Shown one piece after another: positions 17,254 to 28,553 of a DNA stretch of 64,000 bases. A model generated the notes under the pieces. The model ran no database searches. It was not told where the DNA came from and was given only the letters and a program-made list of their open reading frames with translations. Location of the stretch: positions 9,072 to 73,071 of the forward strand of contig JBAWWA010000001.1 of the NCBI GenBank assembly GCA_037146995.1. The letters are read 5' to 3'. The first letter of the stretch is position 1; the number at the start of each line of letters is the position of its first letter. This DNA is from a bacterium. Lineage in GTDB: Bacteria; Patescibacteriota; Patescibacteriia; Patescibacteriales; GWE2-39-37. The position numbers and the translations under genes were made by a program.

Positions 17254-17954
17254 TATTTTATTTTAAATTCCTGAGGTAATCGACTTTCGCCCTGCTTTTC
17301 ATTGATTAAACCATTAAAGGCTTGAAAATCGCCCATATATTTTATTTTATCTGCAAATTTCTCATCAACATGTTGACTGTATGGCCCCTTAATTATAACA
17401 ACTGAACATTGTGCACCTAGAGCCTCGATCGCATGCTTCATGGACAGACTTTCCTCAATCTTGTCATTGACAATTACAATCTCATCTTGCCTTTTTAAAC
17501 TATTCATAAAATACTGATTTTGTGATTTGTCTACCGTTTCAATAATCTTCTCCTGAAAATATTTATGTAAAATTTGTGAACCATCGATCTTCATCTTTTG
17601 CCATTCATAATCACCGTAAGACATTAAAACCAATTTATTGCCGTTCTCAAACAACTTAACAACCAATTCCTCTGCCCCAGGCTTAAGGTAATGATCAATG
17701 TTTAAAAGCAATAACTTCATCTCTGTTAATGCCCGCTCAGCGCGAGACTTAGAAATAGCTCCACAACCTATTAAATACTCTAAATGATCTGACAAATTAT
17801 AATGCTTTCCTTGAGACTTAAAACAACTGTCAGTGTCACGCTTAAATCTAGCATCGACGTCTCCATTATTTAGCCCGTAAATAACTACGGCCATGTCTTT
17901 TTTCAATTCATCAGAGTCGATGAGCGTATAATCCAAATCAAATAAATACATCAT
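17253..17954 (-). CDS. HAD-superfamily hydrolase
   Basis: HAD motif I right at the N-terminus (MMYLFDLDYTLIDS). I place the start at ATG 17954, whereas the ORF track begins at an upstream TTG at 17975. The stop overlaps the EndoQ ATG (TAATG). Confidence 0.7.
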   Translation of the reverse strand: MMYLFDLDYTLIDSDELKKDMAVVIYGLNNGDVDARFKRDTDSCFKSQGKHYNLSDHLEYLIGCGAISKSRAERALTEMKLLLLNIDHYLKPGAEELVVKLFENGNKLVLMSYGDYEWQKMKIDGSQILHKYFQEKIIETVDKSQNQYFMNSLKRQDEIVIVNDKIEESLSMKHAIEALGAQCSVVIIKGPYSQHVDEKFADKIKYMGDFQAFNGLINEKQGESRLPQEFKIK

Positions 17955-17990
17955 ATAAAAAAATAAAACCCCCAATCTTACTTGGGGGTT
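17955..17990 (-). terminator. Rho-independent terminator overlapping the end of the YvcK-like gene
   Basis: On the minus strand: AACCCCCAA-gtaaga-TTGGGGGTT followed by TTTTATTTTTT. The YvcK stop codon lies in the loop. Confidence 0.6.
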
Positions 17991-18949
17991 GCAAATAATT
18001 CACTGAAAAGCTCAAATAACTTTTCATCAGAATGTCTTAAAACATCGCCTTGATCATCAAGTAAGTCTGCTTTAATAGTACGACTAATGTACATGGCTGG
18101 CAAGTCTGCTTCAACTAAACTAGCCTCTTCAGCAGCATAACTAGCTACAAATTTACTACAAGGTCGCCTGTCATTTACTATCAATAGATCAACACTGCGC
18201 CTGATGTTTTTTTCGAGCTCCCTTATAAACATTTCCAAATCATAACCATCAGTTTCCCCGAATTTTGTCATAATATTTGAAATGTAAACAATTTTGGCGC
18301 GAGTTTGTTCAAGGGCTTGAGCTACGCCAGGTACCATTAAATTTGGTAAAATACTCGTAAACAAATCACCTGGCCCAATTATAATATAGTCAGCCATGGC
18401 TATTGCCCCGAGTACCGGCTGATAAACTTCAACTCGATCAGAATGATGTGGTACGATAAAAACTTCTTTAATCTTACTTCGCAGTCTCCCGCGTGGCTGA
18501 TCAATCGCTGCCTCACCATAAATTCGCTCCCCATCCTCAAGCATCGCCACTAACGTGGTACGATCCGTGGTAACTGGTATGACCGTACCATTAATCCTTA
18601 ACATCTCCGACAAAGCCTTTACGCCTTCCCCAAATTTTCCAGTATGTTGAGAAAAATAAGACAATAACAGGTTTCCGGCATTATGCCCTGAAAGCTTTGA
18701 ATCACCACTGAAACGCATTTGAAATATTTCACGAGCCATATCTCGATAAGGCGATAAGGCAATAATACATTTCAAAATATCACCCGGCGGTAAAACCCCG
18801 AGTTCGTCACGCAATCGGCCTGTAGACCCACCTGAATCAGTCATAGAGACGATGGCTGTCACATCAACAGACTTAACATCGCGCAGACTAGATAGTAAAA
18901 CATAGTGACCCGAGCCACCACCCACCGTAACTACCTTAAATTTTCCCAT
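17978..18949 (-). CDS. YvcK/CofD-family protein (UPF0052, gluconeogenesis factor-like)
   Basis: 323-aa ORF with VVTVGGGSGHYVLLSSLRD...IVSMTDSGGSTGRLRDELGVLPPGD, typical of the family. An AAGGAG Shine-Dalgarno sits 9 nt upstream. Confidence 0.85.
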   Translation of the reverse strand: MGKFKVVTVGGGSGHYVLLSSLRDVKSVDVTAIVSMTDSGGSTGRLRDELGVLPPGDILKCIIALSPYRDMAREIFQMRFSGDSKLSGHNAGNLLLSYFSQHTGKFGEGVKALSEMLRINGTVIPVTTDRTTLVAMLEDGERIYGEAAIDQPRGRLRSKIKEVFIVPHHSDRVEVYQPVLGAIAMADYIIIGPGDLFTSILPNLMVPGVAQALEQTRAKIVYISNIMTKFGETDGYDLEMFIRELEKNIRRSVDLLIVNDRRPCSKFVASYAAEEASLVEADLPAMYISRTIKADLLDDQGDVLRHSDEKLFELFSELFATPK

Positions 18950-19264
18950 TACATATTCTCCTTTTTAAAAGATCATCTCATTTGACGCCTTTATATATTC
19001 CATTACCGAGTGTTAATTGTCAATATTCTTATAATTTTAAATAAAAAAAAGAGAACTTGTAAAAGTTCTCGGGGGTATTGAAAGGTGCGAGTAAAAGGTT
19101 TGTAGGTGGTGTTGAAAATGAATTCAACGATTTTTTGACCTACTGGCCTTTTTTATAATGTGCTGATATTTTGTATCTATTATTACTATAGCACATTCTG
19201 GATATTTGTCAAGTGTAATCACAAATTGCAAATCTATAGTCAATAAAACAGCTAAAATAAAATA

Positions 19265-19297
19265 AAAAAGCACTTAATAATTATTAAGTGCTTTTTT
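19265..19297 (-). terminator. Terminator downstream of 5S rRNA
   Basis: Perfect palindrome GCACTTAATAATTATTAAGTGC flanked by an A-run and a T-run, immediately 3' of the 5S gene on the minus strand. Confidence 0.7.
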
Positions 19298-19320
19298 GGG
19301 TAAAAAAATAGATTGCAATG

Positions 19321-19436
<116 letters not shown>

Positions 19437-19456
19437 CGCTGCAATCTATTTCTTGC

Positions 19457-19559
19457 CCCGCATAGCTTTACGCGACGTGGGGTAGCCTGAGCGAATTGAG
19501 TAGTCTTTTTATAATCCAAATGCGATAGCATTTGTCCCGCATAGCTTTACGCGACGTGG
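19457..19559. repeat. Two identical 24-nt direct repeats in the 23S-5S spacer
   Basis: cccgcatagctttacgcgacgtgg occurs at 19457-19480 and again at 19536-19559 (79-nt period). In RNA sense each copy contains a small hairpin GCGUA-aagc-UAUGC. Confidence 0.8.
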
Positions 19560-19615
19560 AACTGCTATTAAAAACAACTGAACATCTCCAGACATTTGAG
19601 TTGAAAACACAAATG

Positions 19616-22693
<3,078 letters not shown>

Positions 22694-23105
22694 CCACATT
22701 TTTGCTTTCAAAAATGTGACTGACATACAATTTATGTATGTTCAATAAGATGCTCAATTGCTTTTACTTACATTGACTTTTTTCATAGAAAGTCTGAGTT
22801 AACTATGAAATTTGCCCCGCCTCGAGCGGGGACTTTTTATACAGAGCATAAACTCTATATATTTGCCTTGGATCAGAAACTTGCTTCGGCTAGGAAGCAA
22901 AATTTCAGACTATTCAATTGTGAATGTTCAAAGCATTCACTGCTCAATTCTTTTGAGAAGTTAAAACTTTAAGGTGTAAGAAACAAAAAACCGCTCCGGG
23001 GCGGTATCAAGGCAACTTAAAAATTTAAGTAAGACCTAACCGCATTTATACTTAGTAAACTCAATTGATTTACACATAATATACATATCACGAAACAGTG
23101 TTTTT

Positions 23106-23133
23106 ATTATATAGTATTTTACTATAATGTCAA
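23106..23133 (-). promoter_or_regulatory. Consensus sigma-70 promoter, probable rRNA (23S-5S) promoter
   Basis: On the minus strand: TTGACA (23133-23128), a 16-nt spacer, then TATAAT (23111-23106). It lies ~410 nt upstream of the 23S 5' end, and the leader contains several GC hairpins (e.g. ccccgc-tcga-gcgggg at ~22815). Confidence 0.6.
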
Positions 23134-23196
23134 GAGGTGTAGTGAAACACCTCTAATTACCCCCAAAATACTTAATTTTAGCCCTTTTAATTATGA

Positions 23197-24246
23197 CTAG
23201 GCTTTAAGGGTTTCAGGATTCTCTGCATAGTTCATGGCCACATCCCTAGTTATCAACCCTTGCTTTAATAATAACAAGAGATTCTGGTCCATCGTTTGCA
23301 TGCCAATTTTGGAATTAGTCTCAATAATACTTTTAATTTGTGGGATTTTATTCTCTCGAATCATGTTAGCAACCGCTGGCGTGTTAATTAACAATTCTCG
23401 AACGGCTACGCGGCCATCTACACCATTCTTTGGTAATAAGCGCTGAGAGATAACACAAGCCAGTGAAGCGGACAATTGCATACGGACCTGATTTTGCTGA
23501 TAGGGTGGGAAAATATCTATTATACGATCAATAGTTTGAGCTGCGCTATAAGTATGCAAGGTGGCGAATACTAGATGCCCAGTTTCTGCGAGCGTGACTG
23601 TAGCAGCCATACTCTCAAGGTCTCGCATCTCTCCAACCATAATAACATTGGGATCCTGACGCATGGCACATTTTAGACCGTCAGCAAATGAAATCATGTC
23701 ATCACCGAGCTGTCTTTGCATAAACATGCTCTTTTTTGGCTGAAAAACATACTCAATTGGATCTTCTAGGGTAATTATATTAGCTCTACGGTTCAAATTA
23801 ATATGATTAATCATGGCTGCCAAGGTTGTGGACTTGCCAGAACCAGTTGGACCAGTTACTAATATCAAACCTTGCCTCAAATTTAAGATATCTAAAACAA
23901 CTGGCGGAAGGCCCAAGGCCTTAATATCAGGAATAATATCAGAGATCAGACGAGCGACTAGACCACGATTCTTTTTTTCAAAAAAAACATTCACGCGATA
24001 ACGACTACCATCGGCCAATTGATAGCCAAAATCAAGATTTCTATCCTTAATAAAAGCAAAGCGCTGCTCTGCCGTTAGCATCGAATCAATCAAAACCTCG
24101 ATTTCTTTCTCCTCAAGGACTTTTTTACTGCCTGGCATTTCTAATAAATGCCCATCAATTCTGAGCATCGGCACATAGCCGACCAACAAATGAACGTCTG
24201 AGGCCTTTTCGGTTACGGCAATTGAAAATATTTCTTTTATTGTCAT
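23197..24246 (-). CDS. pilT: Type IV pilus retraction ATPase PilT
   Basis: 349-aa ORF with Walker A GPTGSGKSTT, Walker B/Asp box IIMVGEMRD, His box and the typical N-terminus ASDVHL. The size fits PilT/PilU rather than PilB. Confidence 0.9.
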   Translation of the reverse strand: MTIKEIFSIAVTEKASDVHLLVGYVPMLRIDGHLLEMPGSKKVLEEKEIEVLIDSMLTAEQRFAFIKDRNLDFGYQLADGSRYRVNVFFEKKNRGLVARLISDIIPDIKALGLPPVVLDILNLRQGLILVTGPTGSGKSTTLAAMINHINLNRRANIITLEDPIEYVFQPKKSMFMQRQLGDDMISFADGLKCAMRQDPNVIMVGEMRDLESMAATVTLAETGHLVFATLHTYSAAQTIDRIIDIFPPYQQNQVRMQLSASLACVISQRLLPKNGVDGRVAVRELLINTPAVANMIRENKIPQIKSIIETNSKIGMQTMDQNLLLLLKQGLITRDVAMNYAENPETLKA

Positions 24247-24272
24247 CTCCTTTTTTAATATTTTTAAACTAT

Positions 24273-26021
24273 TTAATCGATCTTTACTTTGATTTTATCC
24301 AAATCAGTATTAGTAATGCCGTTGCCTAATTTTCGCATAACCGCGAAAGCGTCAGTTGGTCGACCCAAATAATATGCCTTATGATCCTTTGGATTTATAA
24401 AATACGCTTTCCCACCATCTTCTACGTCCAACAATATCCTGCCAGAAAACCTATCTGGATACAATTTTTTGCTATATTGTGTAATTATACTATGTTTAAC
24501 TCCCATACCAAGTTTGCGCATCACCGCAAACGCATCCGTCGGCTTGCCTAAATAATACCTCGACAAATTTAACGGATTAACATACCACGCCTCACCTTTA
24601 CTTTGAACTTGTAGCAAAATCTTGCCAGCATTTTTTGCAGAAAAGGCTAAATTAAAAAACAATTTACCCTTGCCTTTAGGATTATTATCCGAGATAATCT
24701 CAGTCCTGTCATTATAGCCATCGCCGTCAGAGTCTTTTTTATTAGCGTTCAGACCAAGGGCCACCTCCAGCGAATCAACCAAACCATCGCCATCAGAATC
24801 TGTATTTTTTTCGGCCACAGATGGCTTTACTGGATTACTAGTGCTAGGCCTGGTTGAGGTTGCCACTGAACTTGAAGCAATTATTGATCCACACGTCTGT
24901 GTTAATATTGGCGCCCCACCACTACAACCACCTGGCAAGCTAGTCAAAATTGTCCTTGCTTGCTTGCCAGCAACACAACTAGTCCAAACTGAATAAGTCC
25001 AGCTAGTACAGGCTGCCGCTGTAAAGCTGCCACCACCAGAGCCACCAGACCCTCCAGGACTCACAACTGGCGTAACCACGGCCGCCTGCGTTGTCGCTGA
25101 TGAAGTAGCAGATAAGGCGGAATCGTTACCAGCTGCATCATATGCAGACACTCTGTAGCTATAAAGAGTCGCGGCGGATAAACCGGTATTAGAATATGAA
25201 TTTGTAGCTGTCTGAGCCAAGAAAACATTGTTTCTATAAATTTTGTAACCCAAAACTGCAATATTGTCAATTGATGGGGTCCAGGTGAGACTAATCTGAG
25301 TAGAGGAATTTACTGTCGCTTGTAAATTCGTAGGCACGGATGGCAAGGTAAGATCAGAACCACTACCAACACCAAACATTATTGTGTAATCAGAGTTATT
25401 AACATTTCCCGCCTCATCAGCGCAACGAACGTAATAATGATAAGTTTGACTATCAGTTAGACCTGTAACCACAACTGTATGCGAAGTGCTGGCGACAGCC
25501 TCGAAGACTTTTGTCATACTAGAATATACAACTCCCGTTGATGTAGAATATTTACAAATTGCTTTCTCATCCGTTATCAAGGTTAGAGTTGTCTGAGTTG
25601 TGCCCGTAGCTAACAAACCAGAGGGCGCCCCAGCTGAAAGGACTGGCGGAGCAATGAGCTTGCTTTGCTCTGACGAACAAACACTTTCATTATTTGAGGT
25701 ATCATAAGCCGTTACTGCAAAATAATATGTTAAATTATCAGTCAATGAACTAAAAGTATGAGTTGTCGAGGTGGTACCTACCATGTGATAACTAAAGGTG
25801 TACCCCGCTGGTGAAGTGCTAGCCCGACTTACCGTATCATAATAAATATTATAGCCCGCCAAGTCTGGCTCAGTGTTCGCATTCCACGAAACAATCGCCG
25901 TTCCAGCCATGACTGGCAGGGCAAAAAAAGCACCAATGAGAATCGCATAAATCTCAATTAGAAAAACTTTTAACAAACGTCTAATCATACATTTTATAAA
26001 ATTTATTTTTATTATCATCAA
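24273..26021 (-). CDS. P13: secreted/anchored multi-Fn3 protein with TSP3-like Ca-binding repeats and duplicated C-terminal domain
   Basis: 582-aa ORF; the likely start is ATG 25988 (MIRRLLKVFLIEIYAILIGAFFALPVMA|G). The first Fn3 starts directly at strand B (TAIVSWNANTEPDLAGYNIYY). Two more Fn3 modules follow, then a Gly/Ser linker and DSDGDGLVD...DSDGDGYND. The C-terminus carries two copies of a ~55-aa module (...YYLGKPTDAFAVMRKLGMG / ...YYLGRPTDAFAVMRKLGNG). Confidence 0.85.
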   Translation of the reverse strand: MMIIKINFIKCMIRRLLKVFLIEIYAILIGAFFALPVMAGTAIVSWNANTEPDLAGYNIYYDTVSRASTSPAGYTFSYHMVGTTSTTHTFSSLTDNLTYYFAVTAYDTSNNESVCSSEQSKLIAPPVLSAGAPSGLLATGTTQTTLTLITDEKAICKYSTSTGVVYSSMTKVFEAVASTSHTVVVTGLTDSQTYHYYVRCADEAGNVNNSDYTIMFGVGSGSDLTLPSVPTNLQATVNSSTQISLTWTPSIDNIAVLGYKIYRNNVFLAQTATNSYSNTGLSAATLYSYRVSAYDAAGNDSALSATSSATTQAAVVTPVVSPGGSGGSGGGSFTAAACTSWTYSVWTSCVAGKQARTILTSLPGGCSGGAPILTQTCGSIIASSSVATSTRPSTSNPVKPSVAEKNTDSDGDGLVDSLEVALGLNANKKDSDGDGYNDRTEIISDNNPKGKGKLFFNLAFSAKNAGKILLQVQSKGEAWYVNPLNLSRYYLGKPTDAFAVMRKLGMGVKHSIITQYSKKLYPDRFSGRILLDVEDGGKAYFINPKDHKAYYLGRPTDAFAVMRKLGNGITNTDLDKIKVKID

Positions 26022-26152
26022 CTAACTTAATACAAATTAATTATAGCCTAATTCTTGAAAAATGTCATAAATTTTATATTTTTTTGCGCGATAGTCTATA
26101 ATTAAACATCACAACGCTAGTTGCAATTAACTATTTGCATTTTACATTCAAG

Positions 26153-28501
26153 CTAAAACACACTCAAACCACTTGGCGCGCCTGGGGCAACGATATCAAC
26201 AGCCGACCCGACCTCATAAGCACCCCAATCAATACCTGCGCCGAATGGACGAGAATTTCCTAAAATATCAACTGCTGGAATTGTCACTGCGCCAAACACG
26301 GTGCTGCCTGCAATTGAACTTGCCATGTCTATAGCAGGACTTCCAATTTGAGGAACAACATCCCAGCGCTCGCCATATGTATAAATATCATTATAGGCCG
26401 TATAAGGTGGAACATTTTGCAGTAATGGATTCACGCACAAAACATTATTTGGCACAGAACAAAGATTGAATTTTGAGTTAAAAACAATTGAATCTTTGTT
26501 GTCAAATAAAACTGGATTAGTGGCAGCGCAGGAGCCATCCCCATTGCCACTCCAACCATCCAAATAAAAAGTGTCAGCATAAGTTCCCGGAACGATGCCA
26601 ACCTGAGAAGCACTCCACCATTCCATGCCAGCAAAAATGTTGTTTCGGGAATAGACTTTTTGATTTCCATCGCAAACGCCAGAATGAGTTAATGAATTAA
26701 ATGCATAAAACCCATCAGTTTGAGATCCAATTCCCGTCATGTGATAAATTCCATTACCATCAGCAATCCATGTTCCGGTGAGTGTTTTTTTGGTATTGTA
26801 ATTATTGTATTGCAAAACAATATCAAAAGTATTTGGATCTTGATTGCCAGGCAAACGCAACCAAATAGAGTCGACTGATAAATTTACAGCATATTGATTA
26901 TCAGAAACAATTGTTGCTGCAGAGCCATCAACTGAAGTGTAATAAACTGCATTAAAAATATAGTTACTACCTGTTATAGCTCCAATTCCTGTCATGTGAT
27001 AAATTCCATTGCCATCAGAAATCCATGAATTTGGCAAGACATAACTAGTCGTGCCAACTCTTGGTAAAATTTGAGCCGTATTAGCATCAGCACTGCCAGA
27101 AAGCTTAACCCACATGGTGTCACTAGCTTGATCAATAATATACTGCCCAACGGCAGTAATTGAAGAAACATTTGTTAGTGAGCCACTAAGGCCAGCCTGT
27201 GTAGCTCCACCGCCAGTACCAATTTCAATAAAAACTTTATTAGGACCAATAATGGTTGAATTGACTATTGAACTTTCTCGTCCGCTTCTCCAATTTGAAA
27301 GCATGATTGGGGTTCCTGCTGCCCGACAATTTGGAAATCCAGTTTGAAATGCAATAGGATTATTGAAAAAATAATTACAATCACCAATAATAACACTGTT
27401 TTCAACAAAAGAATTTCCTCCAAATTTAATTTGTTGACCAACATTCCCTTCCGCTCTAATTCTATTTGCTTTAATTGAGCCAGTGGTTCCAATGTGATAT
27501 AACAAGTCAATTCCATCTTGGGTGTTATGCATAAACTCACTATCTTCAAAAATCCAATCACCCGCAGTGAAATACATACCAAGGCCATCACCATAACCAC
27601 CTTGACCTTGACCATAGCAGCCGCCAGTTGCTATGTCGGGATACACACCTGTCAAAGGATAATTTTCCACACAACCAGTATAATTAATTTTACTATTTTT
27701 AAATAAAATAGTGCCGTGCATTGAACTATCAGTCCCCGAGCCAAAAGCTCCATGTCCAACATCACCATTCCAGCCACTAAAAGCATTACCATGAATATTA
27801 ACCCCATCAAAAGTCCAGTCCGTCAATCTCCCTGCCCAAATTGCCCCATTTGAAAGACCATGAATTTTAATATCCTTCAATAAAACATTGGCACTATCCT
27901 TGGCATATATTCCATAATCAGCTTGATCACCATATGGCGCAACACTTCTATTACAAAGTAATGTTGGATTTGAGGTGAAATTATATCCACATTGCAAATG
28001 ATCAGTAATATCGAGATACATTAATTCAACATTTGAACTTCCAACCAAGCTCAAAATTTGCGTAGCTCGACCTGATCCCCAAAGCTCAGGAGCTGAAGTT
28101 GATTTTGTGTCCCAATTTTGACCAATAATTCTGGTTGGATGCAATGCATCAGGACCAGAAGGGATTGAAGGCGTAACACATTGATAAGTCCAAGCAGCGT
28201 TGCAGGCTGACATTCCGGTGTTCGGCGCACCTGCCCCCATTTTATATGAACCATTTCCAATCATTACCGTATCACCACCAGCAATAACAGCTACGTCACC
28301 TGGCGGCAAAAGCCAAAAAGGATGATTTACAGCACAAGCCTGAGCAGTTCCACTGCCTGGATATGCAGCATCAGCAAGTCCAGTGCACTCCGTCAATGTA
28401 CCACCATCAGTTCGCACATACCAAGTTGCTGCGCTAGCAAAATTTGGCAGCGCAAAAAATATTACCAAAATAAAAAATGATTTTATATTAATTATATTCA
28501 T
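26153..28501 (-). CDS. P12: secreted right-handed beta-helix (pectate-lyase-like) protein with internal 85-aa duplication; C-terminal tag VDIVAPGAPSGLSVF
   Basis: 782-aa ORF with signal peptide FFILVIFFALPNFASAA. It has Gly/Asn-rich beta-helix coils, a repeated W[IS][AS]DGNGIYHMTGIG module and the conserved C-terminal tag. The enzymatic assignment is tentative. Confidence 0.85.
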   Translation of the reverse strand: MNIINIKSFFILVIFFALPNFASAATWYVRTDGGTLTECTGLADAAYPGSGTAQACAVNHPFWLLPPGDVAVIAGGDTVMIGNGSYKMGAGAPNTGMSACNAAWTYQCVTPSIPSGPDALHPTRIIGQNWDTKSTSAPELWGSGRATQILSLVGSSNVELMYLDITDHLQCGYNFTSNPTLLCNRSVAPYGDQADYGIYAKDSANVLLKDIKIHGLSNGAIWAGRLTDWTFDGVNIHGNAFSGWNGDVGHGAFGSGTDSSMHGTILFKNSKINYTGCVENYPLTGVYPDIATGGCYGQGQGGYGDGLGMYFTAGDWIFEDSEFMHNTQDGIDLLYHIGTTGSIKANRIRAEGNVGQQIKFGGNSFVENSVIIGDCNYFFNNPIAFQTGFPNCRAAGTPIMLSNWRSGRESSIVNSTIIGPNKVFIEIGTGGGATQAGLSGSLTNVSSITAVGQYIIDQASDTMWVKLSGSADANTAQILPRVGTTSYVLPNSWISDGNGIYHMTGIGAITGSNYIFNAVYYTSVDGSAATIVSDNQYAVNLSVDSIWLRLPGNQDPNTFDIVLQYNNYNTKKTLTGTWIADGNGIYHMTGIGSQTDGFYAFNSLTHSGVCDGNQKVYSRNNIFAGMEWWSASQVGIVPGTYADTFYLDGWSGNGDGSCAATNPVLFDNKDSIVFNSKFNLCSVPNNVLCVNPLLQNVPPYTAYNDIYTYGERWDVVPQIGSPAIDMASSIAGSTVFGAVTIPAVDILGNSRPFGAGIDWGAYEVGSAVDIVAPGAPSGLSVF

Positions 28502-28553
28502 AAACTTTCAGTCAAAAACTGATCAATTTTTTGACTGATTTTTAATATTTTAA

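Noticed and set aside
22694-23196. Search for a 16S 3' end, ITS tRNAs (Ile/Ala) or another gene upstream of the 23S
   Set aside because: Only AT-rich leader with short GC hairpins and a promoter is present. No cloverleaf-compatible or anti-Shine-Dalgarno-containing sequence was seen.
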